A stretch of 64,000 nt of DNA. Source: Gordius albopunctatus (taxonomy: Eukaryota). Position 1 is the stretch's first letter; each line of letters starts with the position of its first letter. Location of the stretch: NCBI GenBank assembly GCA_964276515.1, contig OZ193909.1, forward strand, positions 17,670,001-17,734,000. Direction: 5' to 3'. Below the pieces are notes generated by a model that saw nothing but the letters and a program-made list of their open reading frames with translations, was not told the DNA's origin and searched no databases. Position numbers and translations under genes: made by a program. Below are positions 42,261 through 56,700 of the stretch, one piece after another.

Positions 42261-43953
42261 TATCGAGCTAGAAAAATTAGTTGCGTGGTTATGTATGTGA
42301 ATAAGAAAATAATCCTAATATAAAGATGCATATAAACTCAATTGAGTACTGATCCAAGCCATCTTAGTATCGCTGCTGGTACTTGCATTGTTTTCGCATC
42401 GTTACGAGGGCAGGCGGTTTAGTGTTTCGATCTCGTCTCGATCTCGAAAACAAAATCTCGTCTCGTCTCGGGAGCGATAATAAAAATCTCGATCTCGTCT
42501 CGTCTCGACTTTTTAAAAAAATACATACGTGATAAAAATTTCTCCTGTTTTTTTAAAATTATTAAAAAAGTGTTAAAAATCCAAATGGCAAATTTTTATA
42601 TTTTTAAAAAACTTTAATACACAAACTTTTCAAAGATTTAGCGGGACACGACATCTCATTGACAATATAAAGATATGAATTAATTCATAAAGATGAAATT
42701 TTCTATAGAAAGTGCAGACAAAGACTATAAATAAATTTGAAGTATAGAAAATTAAATGTGAATGTTCTAGCAAATTATAACATTTGTATCGAATTCACTG
42801 TTTTTGTCAACTATAAATAGACTTAATAATACGTTCGCTCATAGTTGACTTAGTTGCATAATTGAGAAAATTGAGACCCTTTATTAACCCTGGCTAAAGC
42901 TTATTAATAGACTAAGTCTATTGTTACCATCATCAATTATATGCAGAATTATACTTTAAATTGCACATATTTAAATTTATGACAGAAATAATTATAATCA
43001 AATTTATATTCCAACTAATTACCTTCCAATTCCAACTAACTTTGCCATTAAATAGTTATTTATCGAATACAGTATTGGTTCGTGTATTTATTTTATATTG
43101 CGCAATTATGGAAATACAATATATTTTAATGCATCTGCCAACCCAGTGTATAATGTGAAAAGTAATGCATATGACAAAACTATATATTCACATAATGTCT
43201 TATTAAAATTCAAAAATTTGGGAGGCATACTATTAGTTGAATCATAAAAACTTTTTAAAAAATCCATGATTTAGATTTAATCTGCGTTAGGCAAGTGCTC
43301 AAAAATCTAGAGCCACTTATTCAAACTGATTGACTACCAATTTATAATTACCGCATTATGCGGGATGAGTAACTGCAAAATATAAATATGCTTTAGTAAT
43401 ATTTACTATTCCATCAGAACTCATGCTAAGCCTAAAATTTTTAATATTTAATAGTGCTATGGATACAAATAGGTGATAAAGATATAATAAAATTATTAAC
43501 ATACCCTATGGGTCAACCTTACTTAGGTAAATAATTGGCAAATTTTAAATTTTTTGCAAAAATATATAATATTTACTACACTTAGGAATTTTTTTAATAT
43601 CAAATATATTCCATACATATTGATTTACACTTAAATGTAAATCATGCAAATTAAAATACACAATAATTTACTAAAATCTAACGATCAATAAATAAACTCG
43701 GGCCTTCGGCCCTCGTGGGAAGGGGGAAGGGGAGGGAAGGGGGAAGGGGAGGAGGGGAAGGAAGGGGGAACTCATCTACACTCCGTATAAATGTATCATA
43801 TTTGCTATGCAATTTATGTAAATACTTACGTGAATATTGCAAAACGAAGGTTGGAAGCACTAAATAAGTGTATATGCCAAATATCATAAAGGGGGAGAGA
43901 GGGAGCGAAGGGGAAGCTTTATGGTTAGTTAAATTCAACGGGAGTTGTATTAC

Positions 43954-44620
43954 CAAAAAGTCATAATAGCAATGGTAGGAACAGGAACAATCATAATAGT
44001 CAAAAAAACGAAAAAAAAAATTTCGAATCACATTTTGGCCAAAGGTCATTTTTTCCATTGGTCAGCAGCCAGGACACGGTAAAAGTGGATATAAATTCAT
44101 AATAGTCAAAAAAAACGAAAAAAAAGTTTTCGAATCACATTTTGGCCAATGGTTATTTTATTCCATTGGTCAGCAGCCAGCGGACGGCCAAAAAGTCATA
44201 ATAGCAATGGTAGGAACAGGAACAATCATAATAGTCAAAAAAAACGGAAAAAATAATTTCGATTCACATTTTGGCCAATGGTCATTTTTTTCCATTGGTC
44301 AGCAGCCAGGACACGGTAAAAGTGGATATAAATTCATAATGGTCAAAAAAAAACGAAAAAAAAAATTTTCGAATCACATTTTGGCCAATGGTCATTTTAT
44401 TCCATTGGTCAGCAGCCAGCGGACGGCCAAAAAGTCATAATAGCAATGGTAGGAACAGGAACAATCATAATATTCAAAAAAAACGAAAAAATAAACTCGG
44501 ATACACATTTTGGCCAATGGTCATTTTTTTCATTGGTCAGCAGCCAGCGGACGGCCAAAAAGTCTTATTATCATTGATAGTAACAAGAACAATCATAAGA
44601 GTCAAAAAAAACTCCGGGAT
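43954..44620. repeat. Tandem array of ~119-bp units arranged as ~238-bp dimers
   Basis: AAAAGTCATAATAGCAATGGTAGGAACAGG recurs at ~43955, ~44190 and ~44430, alternating with a GGACACGGTAAAAGTGG subunit. Confidence 0.9.
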
Positions 44621-44899
44621 TCTAACCCAAAAACTAGATAAATTGCATAGCAATTATTAAAAAGTATAGGGTAATTATCAATGTTAACCTATTCAAAAAC
44701 GAACAAAAAATTTTGATTTATTTGGCCAATGGTAATTTTTTTCAATTATCAATGTTAACTTATTCAAAAAGGAAAAACGAAAAATTAGGATTTATTTGGC
44801 CAATGTTCATTTTTTCATTGGTCAGTAGCCAGCGGACGGTCAAAAAGTCATATTATCAATGGTATTAACAAGAACAAAATATTAAATTAATTAAAAAAA

Positions 44900-45525
44900 T
44901 AAAAATTTTGCCCTCTCCGGGATTCGAACCCACATTAAATAGAGGCATAAGCCTTTGGAGGGGAACAGGGAACCATATAAATAGAGCCATAGGCCCTTGT
45001 AGGGGAGGGCATAGGGTAATTATCAATGTTAAACTATTCAAAAACGAAAAATTAAAAATTTCGATTTATCTGGCAAGTGGTCATTTTTTCATTGGTCAGT
45101 AGCCTGCGGACGGTCAAAAATTCATATTATCAATGGTATTAACAAGAACAATATATTAATTTAATTTAAAAAAAAATAAAAATTTTTGTCCTCTCCGGGT
45201 CTCGAACCATCAATTTAGAACGTTCGCAGGGATTCAAACCCACATTAAATAGAGGCATAAGCCTTTGGAGGGGAACAGGGAACCATATAAATAGAGCCAT
45301 AGGCCCTTGTAGGGGACGGCATAGGGTAATTATCAATGTTAAACTATTCAAAAACGAAAAATTAAAAATTTCGATTTATCTGGCCAGTGGTCATTTTTTC
45401 ATTGGTCAGTAGCCTGCGGACGGTCAAAAAGTCATATTATCAATGGTATTAACAAGAAAAAAATATTAATTTAATTTAAAAAAAAAAAAAAAAATTTTGT
45501 CCTCTCCGGGTCTCGAACCCGCAAC
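44900..45525. repeat. ~311-bp tandem duplication
   Basis: CCCACATTAAATAGAGGCATAAGCC... at 44928 and 45239. Confidence 0.9.
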
Positions 45526-47115
45526 CTCCAGGTCGGGAAGCTGGTGTAAATAACTTGGTAGACGGACGGACGGACGGACAACCAAAAACGAGCCCATAAA
45601 TTGCATAGCAATTAAAAGTCGAGATCTCGCCGAAAAAATCTCGTCTCGACTCGTCTCGACATCAAAATTCTCGTCTCGATCTCGACTCCATTAATCAAAT
45701 TCTCGTCCGAGACCAGACGGAGATTTTTCTCGATTTTTCCGCATCACTAAGGCGGTTAGAGGAAGAATAAAAAGCCACCGTAATTTATTTCAGATTTTGT
45801 CGCAAGGGGGGGGGGCAGAGGTAAAGGAAAGAAAAAAAAATATGACAATCAATTATAAGACAAAATAATATGGGAATTACATGCACCTAATACCTTGACA
45901 ATTCTTGAATCGTAAACTCATTTAATGCGATATACGTCTCTGAAAATTTGATAGCCTAAATAGCTATGCCGGCAGCTTATGATTCTTAATAATATTTAAT
46001 GGAATTATCCCTTCTTTTTCTGAATAAACTCATTAGTTATAATGGTGCAAAAATCGGTCGATTACACCTTATTTTATAAACTCATCTGAGCCACTACTCC
46101 TTTCATTATTATTTAAAGACATATGTAGCAGACGGAATACAATAAACGCTCTAGCATGATTAGCTCTCTTTATTGAAAATCCTCAAGCTAGATGGCATTA
46201 TATTTATCTCATGACATCTTTGTAAAGCTTTAATTCTTTTCCCTGAGCTGAGGCTCTTGCAAGTAATTAATATATTTAATCAAAGATGAGTTTTACCTTA
46301 TCGTATTTCGTAAAACAATCGTATTTTCTCAGGAATTATAAAAACAAAGGTTAAAATGTCACGACCTCACGGAGACATCTCCGAAATAGAAGCTTAAATA
46401 TTCGTCGCTCACATAATAATTTTATCCTTTCAATTTTTTTTGACATTTATATCATTTTTAAACATAATTGACGTAAGACAAATTTTATAGATTTCGTGAT
46501 TTTTTTTAATGAAAATAAAAAGCTAACTAGAAAGGTCTTTAATTAGCTCATAAGCATAATACATAAATCATTTGCCCCGTACAATTTCGCGAAATACTAT
46601 TTTAAATTTATGATTTAGTCCATACTTCGATGGCTATAAAATGCTTGTTTTGTAATTTATAAAAATTGTGTTTATATAGATTTTATCTATTTATGTATAT
46701 CTAAGTATCGAGTTGGACAGGACGAAAAGACAACTAAAAGGGAGCCCATAAACTGCATAGCAATATTAATTGTTTAAGAGAAAGACACTAATCCAATAGG
46801 ATCTAATAAGATCACTCAATATTTGCAATATTGATCAATTTCAGAATTTAGACTCACTTAACTTAATAGAGTTGTTTTAACGAAATCCTTGCATAAACAA
46901 ACTGTTTCGTGGTCAGCCTTTAATATAAATAAGAACTCATTAGTTTAACAAGCAGAATTGTAATAGACTCAAAATTCGAGGTCAACACATATTTACGAAT
47001 ATTGACAAAACATATGGAAAATTGATGAACTCTTAAATATTAATAACTTAATATACCTATAAAGATATATATTTGTATGAACATATATAAGCAGCAGCTG
47101 TTTTAGTATAAATAG

Positions 47116-47548
47116 CAGAGGTCAGATTTGTTTTAACCCGGGCCGGTCCGATTCTATTACTAAATTGCCCCCCCCCGGGCCCAAATGAACCCTTCTAAGT
47201 GACGACCCGACCATGCCCGAATCATTAGAGCTGCCCAAACTGGCCTTTCCGAAATGATGATTTTTCAAATTTTTAATAGTAATTTTGTTATATTTACTAT
47301 AAATTTCTGATTTAATTCCCGATCTTTTTTATAAGTATTACAATAAGTAAATATTAAACAATTAGTTAAAATGGTTAAAACAAATTAATACACTATAAAG
47401 AAAAAACTTATTAAGCCCAAATGGCCCGAACCTTGTTAGGGTGCCTACCCGTGCCCACCCAAAAATATGAATGTCCGACATTTGCCCGACCCGGCCTTGT
47501 GGTCCGGGGCGTGCAAAATAGAGCCCCGGGCCGGCTTTCTGGTCTCTG
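47116..47548. mobile_element. hAT-type MITE (CAGAGGTCAGA family)
   Basis: CAGAGGTCAGA ... TCTGGTCTCTG, flanks ATAAATAG / ATAAGTAG. Related left ends at ~11168 and ~11314. Confidence 0.75.
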
Positions 47549-47750
47549 ATAAGTAGGGTGTAATGAATATTAAACCATCAACATATCACTTAACTACATA
47601 ATTGAATTCTACTGCACGTATACAATGAAATTAAATTGGTTATAAATATTGTCCTTAAATACACTAATTTGATATAAACGAACGTTTATTTAATTCAATA
47701 TTTATCAAATTTAATAGTTACAAACACGTTGATAATAAAAAAATATCTTT

Positions 47751-50700
47751 TTATTCCCGCCAGTGATCTAAATTTAATTCTGGAATCACTTCACAAGGCA
47801 TCATAGGATTTCTAGTGGAAAGCGTTGTAAAATATTTAAACTATATAATCTACTTGGAAGTTGGTATTTCAAAAACGTCGACTTGAGTTTCTCGAATATT
47901 ATCCGAATTTTGACATACGATCTTAGCCAAAGTCGTGCGCCTCAGACTTTCCAATTGAGCTAAAATGAATTTACGACCATTGTATAATAGTATATGCCAC
48001 AATTAGCTATTACATTGCAAGCGATGATCGACTCTAGCTCTAATTTAAACGGTCTACGATTATTATTAATACTGTTTCTCAAGGTTTAAAATCAGTTGTA
48101 GCGTCAACATGTGCGTAGCCGGGTTTGGAATTAGAAGGGGGCAACATTGATTTAAGGGGGCGGGGGCAAGATGATTATTTTTTGAAATTTTAGCCATTTT
48201 AATAAATTTTAACAAATTTATGGGTTTAGAGGGGGCAGCCGCCCCTCTCTGCCCCCTTCCCTTGGCTACGCTCATGGAGTGCTTTACGGTTTAAAAGTGG
48301 TTGTCTTAATAAAACCAAATAAATGTTGTTGATGGGTTTGTCGTAATTGAGAGAGACCCCACATTGCTTTTGTAAAACGATAATATCAGATAGCTAAAGT
48401 CTGACTGATGGGACAGATATGTGGCTGAAAACAGTGTAAGAAAATTACAAGCCAATCGTTTACTTCGCGTGAAAGGGTAATTAACATCGCGGTGTTGGGG
48501 TCCGTTTTCGTACCAAAATCGATCGCCAAATCGCAATTTTTGAAATTGCTTCCCGATAATACAAGCAAAAGTTGGACCGATCAAAGCCCCGTCTTCAGCT
48601 TTTTCGCAAATTCCCCCAACAAATAAATCAATATCATCGATTGACCTGAATCCAACAAATTAAATTTTAGGATTAAATGTCTACTTGTAAAATTGTTTCA
48701 TCTTGTAAACGGTTAAATGGTGCATGTGTGGTATCATATCCTTCCATTCGTAAAACCTATTAAATCCACACCATTCTCTCCACTCATTATAGCCAGGAAG
48801 TCCATGATCTCGACCCCTCTGAATATTTATCGACATCAAATCGCGACCTTGTAAACAGCAAAATTAAGTATAAAATGAAAATAAAATCCAATTTTTGTTT
48901 AAAATACTTAAAAATACCTATATTATTTTTACATTGGCAAAATCAGTGGAATGAAATTTAAATCCAAAATTTTGTTTAAAATACCCGAAAATACCCAATA
49001 TGTTTGTTTTCACATTTATGGAATTAACTAAGTACAATAATAATTTTCTATAATAGGCTAATTTAAACTAAAAGATACACAATTTTAGTTTAAAGCATTA
49101 AAATATATTAAAATAATTTTATCAAAATGTATTTAAATACATTTTTTACGTCCACTATTTCTATCAACATCATTAAAAACTAATAAAAATACGGTAAAAC
49201 TACATTAAGATTGAGCTGAATAAGTACCATGAAAAGCGTTAGTCCTTTTAAAGAGGTTATGTTTGATGTCCGAAACGAAATTAGGATCCATGGCTTGTGC
49301 CAATTGTGTCATAGCACCCCTAAGTATTGCATCAACACCTTCTGGGAATTCGATTCCGTATAATACTTTGGGATTGAAGAATGCTTGACTTAAAGGCAAG
49401 GGGGCATAGTAGGATCGATGATAACCCACACGGAATATATCGTTACTAATAATAACAATGTTTCACGCATACAATAAATTAAAAGATATTATATAAGCAC
49501 CCTGTAAAAACGACTGGGTTGATTCGACTAGGCAAACAAAGAATTTTGGTTTAATTTTCTTATTCGACGACTGGGCTTAGTCGATTTTTGAAAGACAGAC
49601 CAGAGTAGACCGCTAGTCTAAGATTAACCAAATGTCGATTAAACAAAAGTCAGCACTTTTTACAACACTTATTGATTCCTCAAATCAAGAATGTAGTAAA
49701 GGTTAAATGAACAGTGAATTACGTTTTTTTTGCAAAAAATAATTTAAAAATTGGGTACAACGTGTATAAAAATATCCGAAATAAATTTGTTAAAAGATTG
49801 AAATTCAAACTTGAGAAGGCTGTGTCCGAAACGGAAGGCTGCAGTGCTAAATGCGTTAGCTATAGTCGGATTTTCATTATCGTCGTAACCAGTAAAATAT
49901 CCCAGATTAAGGACGTCCAATAAGTATTTTTGAGAATTTTTATGGCCCAAAACTTTTGGCAAAAATTCTTTGTATATTATATTTTGAAGCGTAGCCGCAA
50001 TTATTCTCCGTGCCTCTTGATAACTATTAATAATAATAATAATCAATATTAAATAACACCTAAATTTTGATTTTGTATTAATTGTTGTTTTTATCGTTTT
50101 CATTTATACTATAATTATCTAAATTAAAACAAAATTACAATTTTAAACAGTAAATTCATAATTACAAAAGTAAATGTAACTTTTTTTTATTTATACCAAA
50201 CCTTTAGTCAACAAGCCAATATTATGAATTTAGTAGATGCTTTACAATAAAATTTTTTCTACAATTTTCCTTTTTCATCTAAAAAAGTGTTAAAAAATAG
50301 TTTTTTATTCAATTATTTAACAAATTTTTCAAACTTTATGAATGTTTCTCACATCGTTTCATCGTCCCAATGACGATTTATATTGGCTAATTCATACGCG
50401 ATTCTGTTGTGCTCTCTAAGCCATATTACGTGCATCGAAGTTATAGGGAGATTTTCGTTAGATCGCTCTTCTCCTAATTTATTAAAAGCACCTCATTTCA
50501 ATACTTTTCCCCACTTTTGTTCCCTTATAAATGCAATATTTGAATCTATCATTTTAATATAATTTGTGGAAATTGGCCAATTTACGTGCTAAAATTATGC
50601 AATTACCAAATATCTTTAAAGATAAGATAAAAATTATAAAATTTTTTTTGAAATTTCAGACCTGCGAGAAAGCAAGGAAACTGGTTATCCTGTAATAGGA

Positions 50701-53700
50701 GGGTACATTCTTCTGTACGAGTTCCGTTAGAAAGGGGCAAGAGTTCTTTCATGTGGAGATTTAATGGATGTGCTTGAACTTTAAGGCGACCTTAGAAATT
50801 AAATATTTTAATGATAATTTTAAAAACAAATTTTTCTATTTTTTGGTAAATAAAGTATTACCTGCCTTGAATTCTCGCAGCAATTTAGCTTCATTTTTGG
50901 TACTACCGTATATAACCGACCCATCAATGAATGACGTCAATTGGTTTATCGGTTGTCTCGACCCTATGAAAAAATTTATTATTAACTTTGGATATTCTAC
51001 TTTCTCTAATTAAATTGATTATTAAAACTCTTACCAAACACTACCTACGACGATCCCAAGTATAAAAATCAACTCCAAAATTATGATAGTTTCAAACAAG
51101 ATTTTACAAGAAAAGGCTAGGGCGTCCTCCACAAACGACGCGCACTGCATACCCCGCCCGTGCAATGTGAAAAATACACTAGGGTTACTGCCCAACTCAC
51201 AACGAAGGCGGTTAAGGAAACTAGTTGTGGAAAGAATGCGAATAGCGTGCTGGAATGTGGGAACGTTGACGGGGAAGAGCATCGAGGTCGCACAGATGCT
51301 AAAAAGAAGAAAGGTACACATCGCCTGCCTACAAGAGAAGAGTTGGAACGGAACGAAAGCTCGGGAATTAGGAAAAGGATACAAGCTTTTCTACAGTGGG
51401 TCACCAAATCGTAGAAACGAGGTCGGTATCTTTCTAAGTGAATCGTTAATGTGGTGGAAGTCAAGCGTTGTTCCGACAGGCTAATGTGGGTGAAGATTGC
51501 AGATCAAGGGGGCCTCCTAACCGTTATGTGCGCGTATGCTCCCCAAATTGGATGTTTGGAATCAGAGAAAGACATATTCTTCGATTCATTGGAAAAGGAA
51601 ATGCAAAGAATAGGACAGGAAGAAAGCTAATTATTGGGGCAGATTTCAACGCTCACATTGGGAAAGATCGCCTCGTCGGGTATGAACGCAATCATTGTGG
51701 CTATGGGCATGGTCTGAAGAACAAAGAAGGGGAAAAACTTCTCCAAGTATCCCAAACATATGACATGGCGATCGTTAACACCTATTTTCAAAAGCGCGAA
51801 GATCATATTGTGACCTATAGAAATGGGGCTTCTACGGCGAAAGGACTAATGGAGTATCAAGGATTGCAAAGTAATACCGGGAGAAGAAATTGCCAGGCAA
51901 CATCGTCCCCTCTATGAACCTCGAATTCGATACGAAAGGCTAAAGGATACGTCGACGAACAAAGAATACCATCAAAAAGCCTGCTCACTCTTGGGTGCAA
52001 GGAAGTTGCAAAGGGACGTAGACGACGATTGGGAGACGCTATCTAAGGACATTAAGGAAACAGAAATTCGTGTTCTAGGACAGACCAAAGGGGGCAAAGC
52101 TATGAATAGGGAACTATGGTGGTGGGATCAATCGGTTAAAGATTTCATCGAATTAAATAAAGATCTATATAGACGGTGGCATAAATCAAAAAAGTCGAAG
52201 GATTATCAAGAGTACAGGTACGCAAAGAGCGCCATAAAAAAGGCCGTTGCAAAAGCGAAGAATGCCGCGTACACCGATATGGCAAACAAACTGGATCATG
52301 AAGGGGGCGATAGGCTTATGTACAAATTGGCCAAGATAAGGGAGAAGAAAAGTCGCAATGTCGGAGTTCTTAAAATAGTCAAAAGCGAGAAGGGTCAAAC
52401 CTTATTCAAGCCGAAAGAAGTGATGGAAAGGTGGAAAGAATATTTTAAGAAACTTATGAATATTGCAAATGACAAGGATTCCCTTCCCTAAATTGAGCCA
52501 AATATAAGTATGGTCGAACTCTTTCAGGAGAATGAAGTTAGGACACAAATCAACAAGATGCAAAAAGGAAAAGCAAATGGCCCAGATGGAATAACTATGG
52601 AAGCATTGCTCGGATGTCGTGAAGAAGGAGTCACCACCATGACAAACCTCCTTAACAAGATATTGGTAGAAGAGCGAATTCCTAATCAATGGAGAGCAAG
52701 CACAATTATACCCTTATTTAAAGGCAAAGGAGACCCCCAGGACTGCGGTAATTACAGAGGTATCAAGCTAACTTGACACTCCTTGAAGCTTTTGGAAAGG
52801 ATCTTAGTAACAAGGCTGAAAAGCGAAGTGGAAATATCGGCTAATCGATTCGGATTCGTGGCCGGCAAATCCACAATCGACCCAATCTTCGCCCTAAGAC
52901 AAATGATGGATAAGTATGGTGAAAAGAGGAAAGACCTGCATATGGTTTTTATCGACTTGCTGAAAGCTTATGACACAGTCCTCCGCGATTTAATATGGTG
53001 GTGCCTGAGGAAACAAATTATCCCTATATACGGCTTATGAAAAATATTTATGAAGCTTCAAACTCTTTTGTTAGGACGACAGTTGGAGGCTCTAAACCTT
53101 TTGGAGTTAATATTGGATTACATCAAGGCTCTGCTTTAAGTTCCTTTTTATTTAATATAATTATAGACACCATAACGAGGGACATTCAAAAGCCATCGCC
53201 ATGATGTATGCTATATGCCGATGATATAGTACTATGCGAAGAAACAAGGGAGAAAGTATTGTCAAAGCGCTTAGCTGGATATGGTTTAAAGGTCAACAAT
53301 CAAAAAACGGTATACATGGAAATTAACGGTACAGGCACCCCATCGCTGAATGACCATCTAAAGTACCCAAAAGTAGACAGGTTCACATACCTCGGCTCGA
53401 TGCTACATCAAGAGGGAGGTTGCGCAACGGAAGTCAATGCCCGGATCCAAAAAGGATGGCTTAAATGGCGAAGTATATCCGGTGTAATGTGCGACAAGAA
53501 AATGCCAATATGGTTGAAGAGCAAAGCTTACAAATCCATCGTAAGACCGGTGTCACTCTATGGAAGTGAAACATGGGCATTAAACAGCACGGAATTAAAA
53601 CTATTACAAGCCACAGAGATGAGAATGATACGGTGGAGCTTGGGGTATACTAAGCTCGACCATATGACGAATGACTTTCTCATGACAAAAATGGGTATTC

Positions 53701-56700
53701 AACCTATGGCGGACATGATTAACAAAAATCGGCTAAGCTGGTATGGGCATATACTAAGAAAGGACACGGATGACGTAAATCGAAAAGTACTGGACATGTA
53801 TGTACCGGGGAAGAGAGAAAGAGGACGAACCCGTGTCACGTAGAAAGGGCAAGTCGAAAAAGTTATGGAAACTAAAGAGATTAGTCAAGACATGGCACTC
53901 ACCCGGTCAAGATGGAAGAAACTTATCAAAACAAACCCCACCAATGTGGGACCAAATAACTGATAAAGAAGAAGATTAAAACTCTTACCAATAATGGAAT
54001 TGACAGAAATTCAATTATATTGTTTATAAACAATGAAATTCTGAAAAATAGTTGAAACAAATAATTTGATGGTAAATAGAATGGAAATATTCTAAAAAAG
54101 CAAACCTTCTATAACATTAATGTTTTTCGTTAGTTTTTTTAATGCAAAGAACATCTTTTAAGTTGACAAATTTAAAAATTTAAAAAGATCCCATCAATCT
54201 TCTGAGTTTTTTATATAAGTAACACACCAAAAAAGTCTACACGGGTTCAAGCCTGGGTTCCAAAAAAGTTCGTTGATAATTTAGGGAAGGGCGAAATGAC
54301 GATTTATGAGCTTAATCAATATTTTACATTTAAAACCAAAGGGGGGGGGGGCGAAAAGGTAGCTGCCTTCGCCCGTTTTTACTAACAGTAAAATAGATTT
54401 AAGAGCAATATAAACAAAATGTTCAAATGATTATACCTAGCTTACAATCTTTATCGATACCGGGTAGTGATCTCATCATTTCCATGCATGTTTGCCTATA
54501 TAGCCCGTACACGCTATCGTTTAGGGGAATGGTCAATGGGAAACATAGAGGATGCTCGAAATCTGGATTGCAGCATTTTAATTTTGGTGTAAATCGACCT
54601 AAAATAAGGATATTAATTAAGGGGACGAGGTAGGACATATTAAGACGTGAATAGGTGTAAAATGATAATTTCTTTTAGTTCTTAACCATTTTGCAATGGA
54701 AAATTATTTTGTGAATCGCCCCTGGCTAGACTCTTGCATAGTTGAATTTATCTATTAGTTGATGAATTTAACATTTTGTAAAACTTTAATAAACGCGCTT
54801 TATTTGCACTAGCAATCTTTAGATAAACTTATTATGTATTATTACCTGATAAATTGCCGGTGACAACGAGAATTCGCTAAAAATATAGATAAGACCTTTA
54901 TATAATGTAGAATATTTGTTTTTATAATCTTGAATCTTAATTTTTGGCATCATAATTTACTTCGGGAGTAGGCCTAAACAATGTTATTATTTAATAACCA
55001 AGATTTTGTAATAGATTCCAGAATTGAAACCCCGTTTATTGAAATACCCTCAATTTTAATATATCATTAACAAAAAACAAAAGTGAGCCCATTAATTGCA
55101 TAAGAATTAATATTTCATACGAAACATTCGCTACATTATTACTCAAAATATTATTTATTATTCCTCAAAATTAAAGTTTTAAATCTCTAAACTCTCGCTT
55201 GTGAAAGATTGTTTGTAGAACAAAATTACAAATTTTAATGTATATCTGTCATATGTGTGAATACTTGAAAAAACGAATCGTTTAATTACACAGGTCTACA
55301 AATAACTATCCTGCATCGAACATATAATTTTTATAGATAATTGGAACAATAATATATTTTAAGTTTTCTTTCCAAAACTTCCAGTTTTTAGATAAACGAG
55401 GTTGAAGGTAAAAAATACCCATATTAACCTTTTTTGAGGCTATATTGTCATGACATTTCTAATTTATATCAAAAAATTTCAATTTACTCCTGTAAATTAA
55501 AGTTTCATAGATATGTCCATTATTTAAATTTATTTGTTTCACCTCTATATTTAAATTTATTCGCGTTTACGTGAATTTCTTCCCCTCAAAATTCGGCCCA
55601 CTATGTTAGGAAAACTAAGTATATCTGACTGCATATTACAAATGATATTTTTACTAATATTTTTTTACAGCATATTTATACACGTTATCACTAACGTGGC
55701 CTGATGCGCCATTTGGCGTTAGAAGGGGCTCAACCTTAGATTGCACTAACTAAGCTCTTGGGCGTCTTCGCGGCAAACTTACTTACTTACTACTCTCTCC
55801 TTTCACTTACTCTCCTCTCTTTCTCCTCCACCCCCGCCCCATTCATGTGTGGGCTAGATATAGGGGTGGGAGGGGAGGAGAAGGAGAAAGAGCTAGAGTA
55901 ATGTGTTAGTAAATATGGCGTATGTAGTATGGACTCTAATGTACACCGTCTTCCAGGCATATTGGGACGAATTTTGTTAAAGGGAAGGGGTTCACGTAAA
56001 CGCAAATAAATTTAAATATAGTGGTGACAAAAAATTAAATAATGGACTTCTAGATCAAACTTTAATCAACAGGAATCTATTAATATTTTTCAAAATAAAT
56101 TAAAAATGCCGTGGCAAATATAAACTCAACAAAATAGGTAAAAACACAGGACATTTTGGGGAAAAAACTAAAAACATATTATTGTGCAGCGCAAAGTTTT
56201 CTGTCAGAGTTTTTGGTCTGATTGGGGGATAGAATGACAAAGTAAATATTTGTAGACCTGTAATTTATTTATCATTTATTTTCAAAATTTATTAATACCA
56301 TATGGCAATGGAGATAAGGTGATGTCGTGATCGATAAATTGACCAAAAGTTGTAATCATGGCTGTGAGTTTTTTATCATTGGCATGATCGGAAGCAAAGA
56401 CTTGAGTACTTAAAAGCCTCGGCAATGGTAGCTCATTTCCATCTTTACCTCTTCTCGGTTCATTAAGACCTAAGTTTTAGCAAAAATAAGTTATGCAAGC
56501 TAGCACGAGCTGGAAATATTTAAATCAGAGACCGAAAAAGCACGGCCCGCTGCCCGCCCGGCCCCATTAAACAAACTCTGTCTCTATTGTCAATCATAGA
56601 CTTATAGAAAGGTTTTAAATTAAGGTACTACCGTCAGCATAGTCCGGAGGCAAGAAACGAGCAGGTGCTAGCATAGACATTCCCCACGTTTTGTGGAACA

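Larger units (their letters stand above)
43680..45613 (-). mobile_element. Helentron-associated (DINE-1/HINE-like) element with central tandem repeats
   Basis: Subterminal inverted repeats TTGCTATGCAATTTATG (43802-43818) / CATAAATTGCATAGCAA (45595-45611), (GGAC)n microsatellite 45561-45579, hairpin GGGCC-TTC-GGCCC 43700-43712, internal tandem arrays. Confidence 0.7.
42420..45749. mobile_element. Non-autonomous hAT-type element (TAGTG...CACTA) carrying a nested element
   Basis: Perfect 8-bp TSD AGGCGGTT (42412-42419 / 45750-45757), with clusters of TCTCG subterminal repeats at both ends. Confidence 0.85.

Noticed and set aside
43678..44660. ORFs 43678-44058, 44207-44440 and 44388-44660 as novel proteins
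   Set aside because: They are translations of tandem-repeat and purine-tract DNA, with no domain motifs or splice support.
45500..45560. Functional tRNA gene
   Set aside because: No convincing acceptor stem, D-arm or A box, mismatched stems, and it is embedded in a repeat. Kept only as a tRNA-like fragment.
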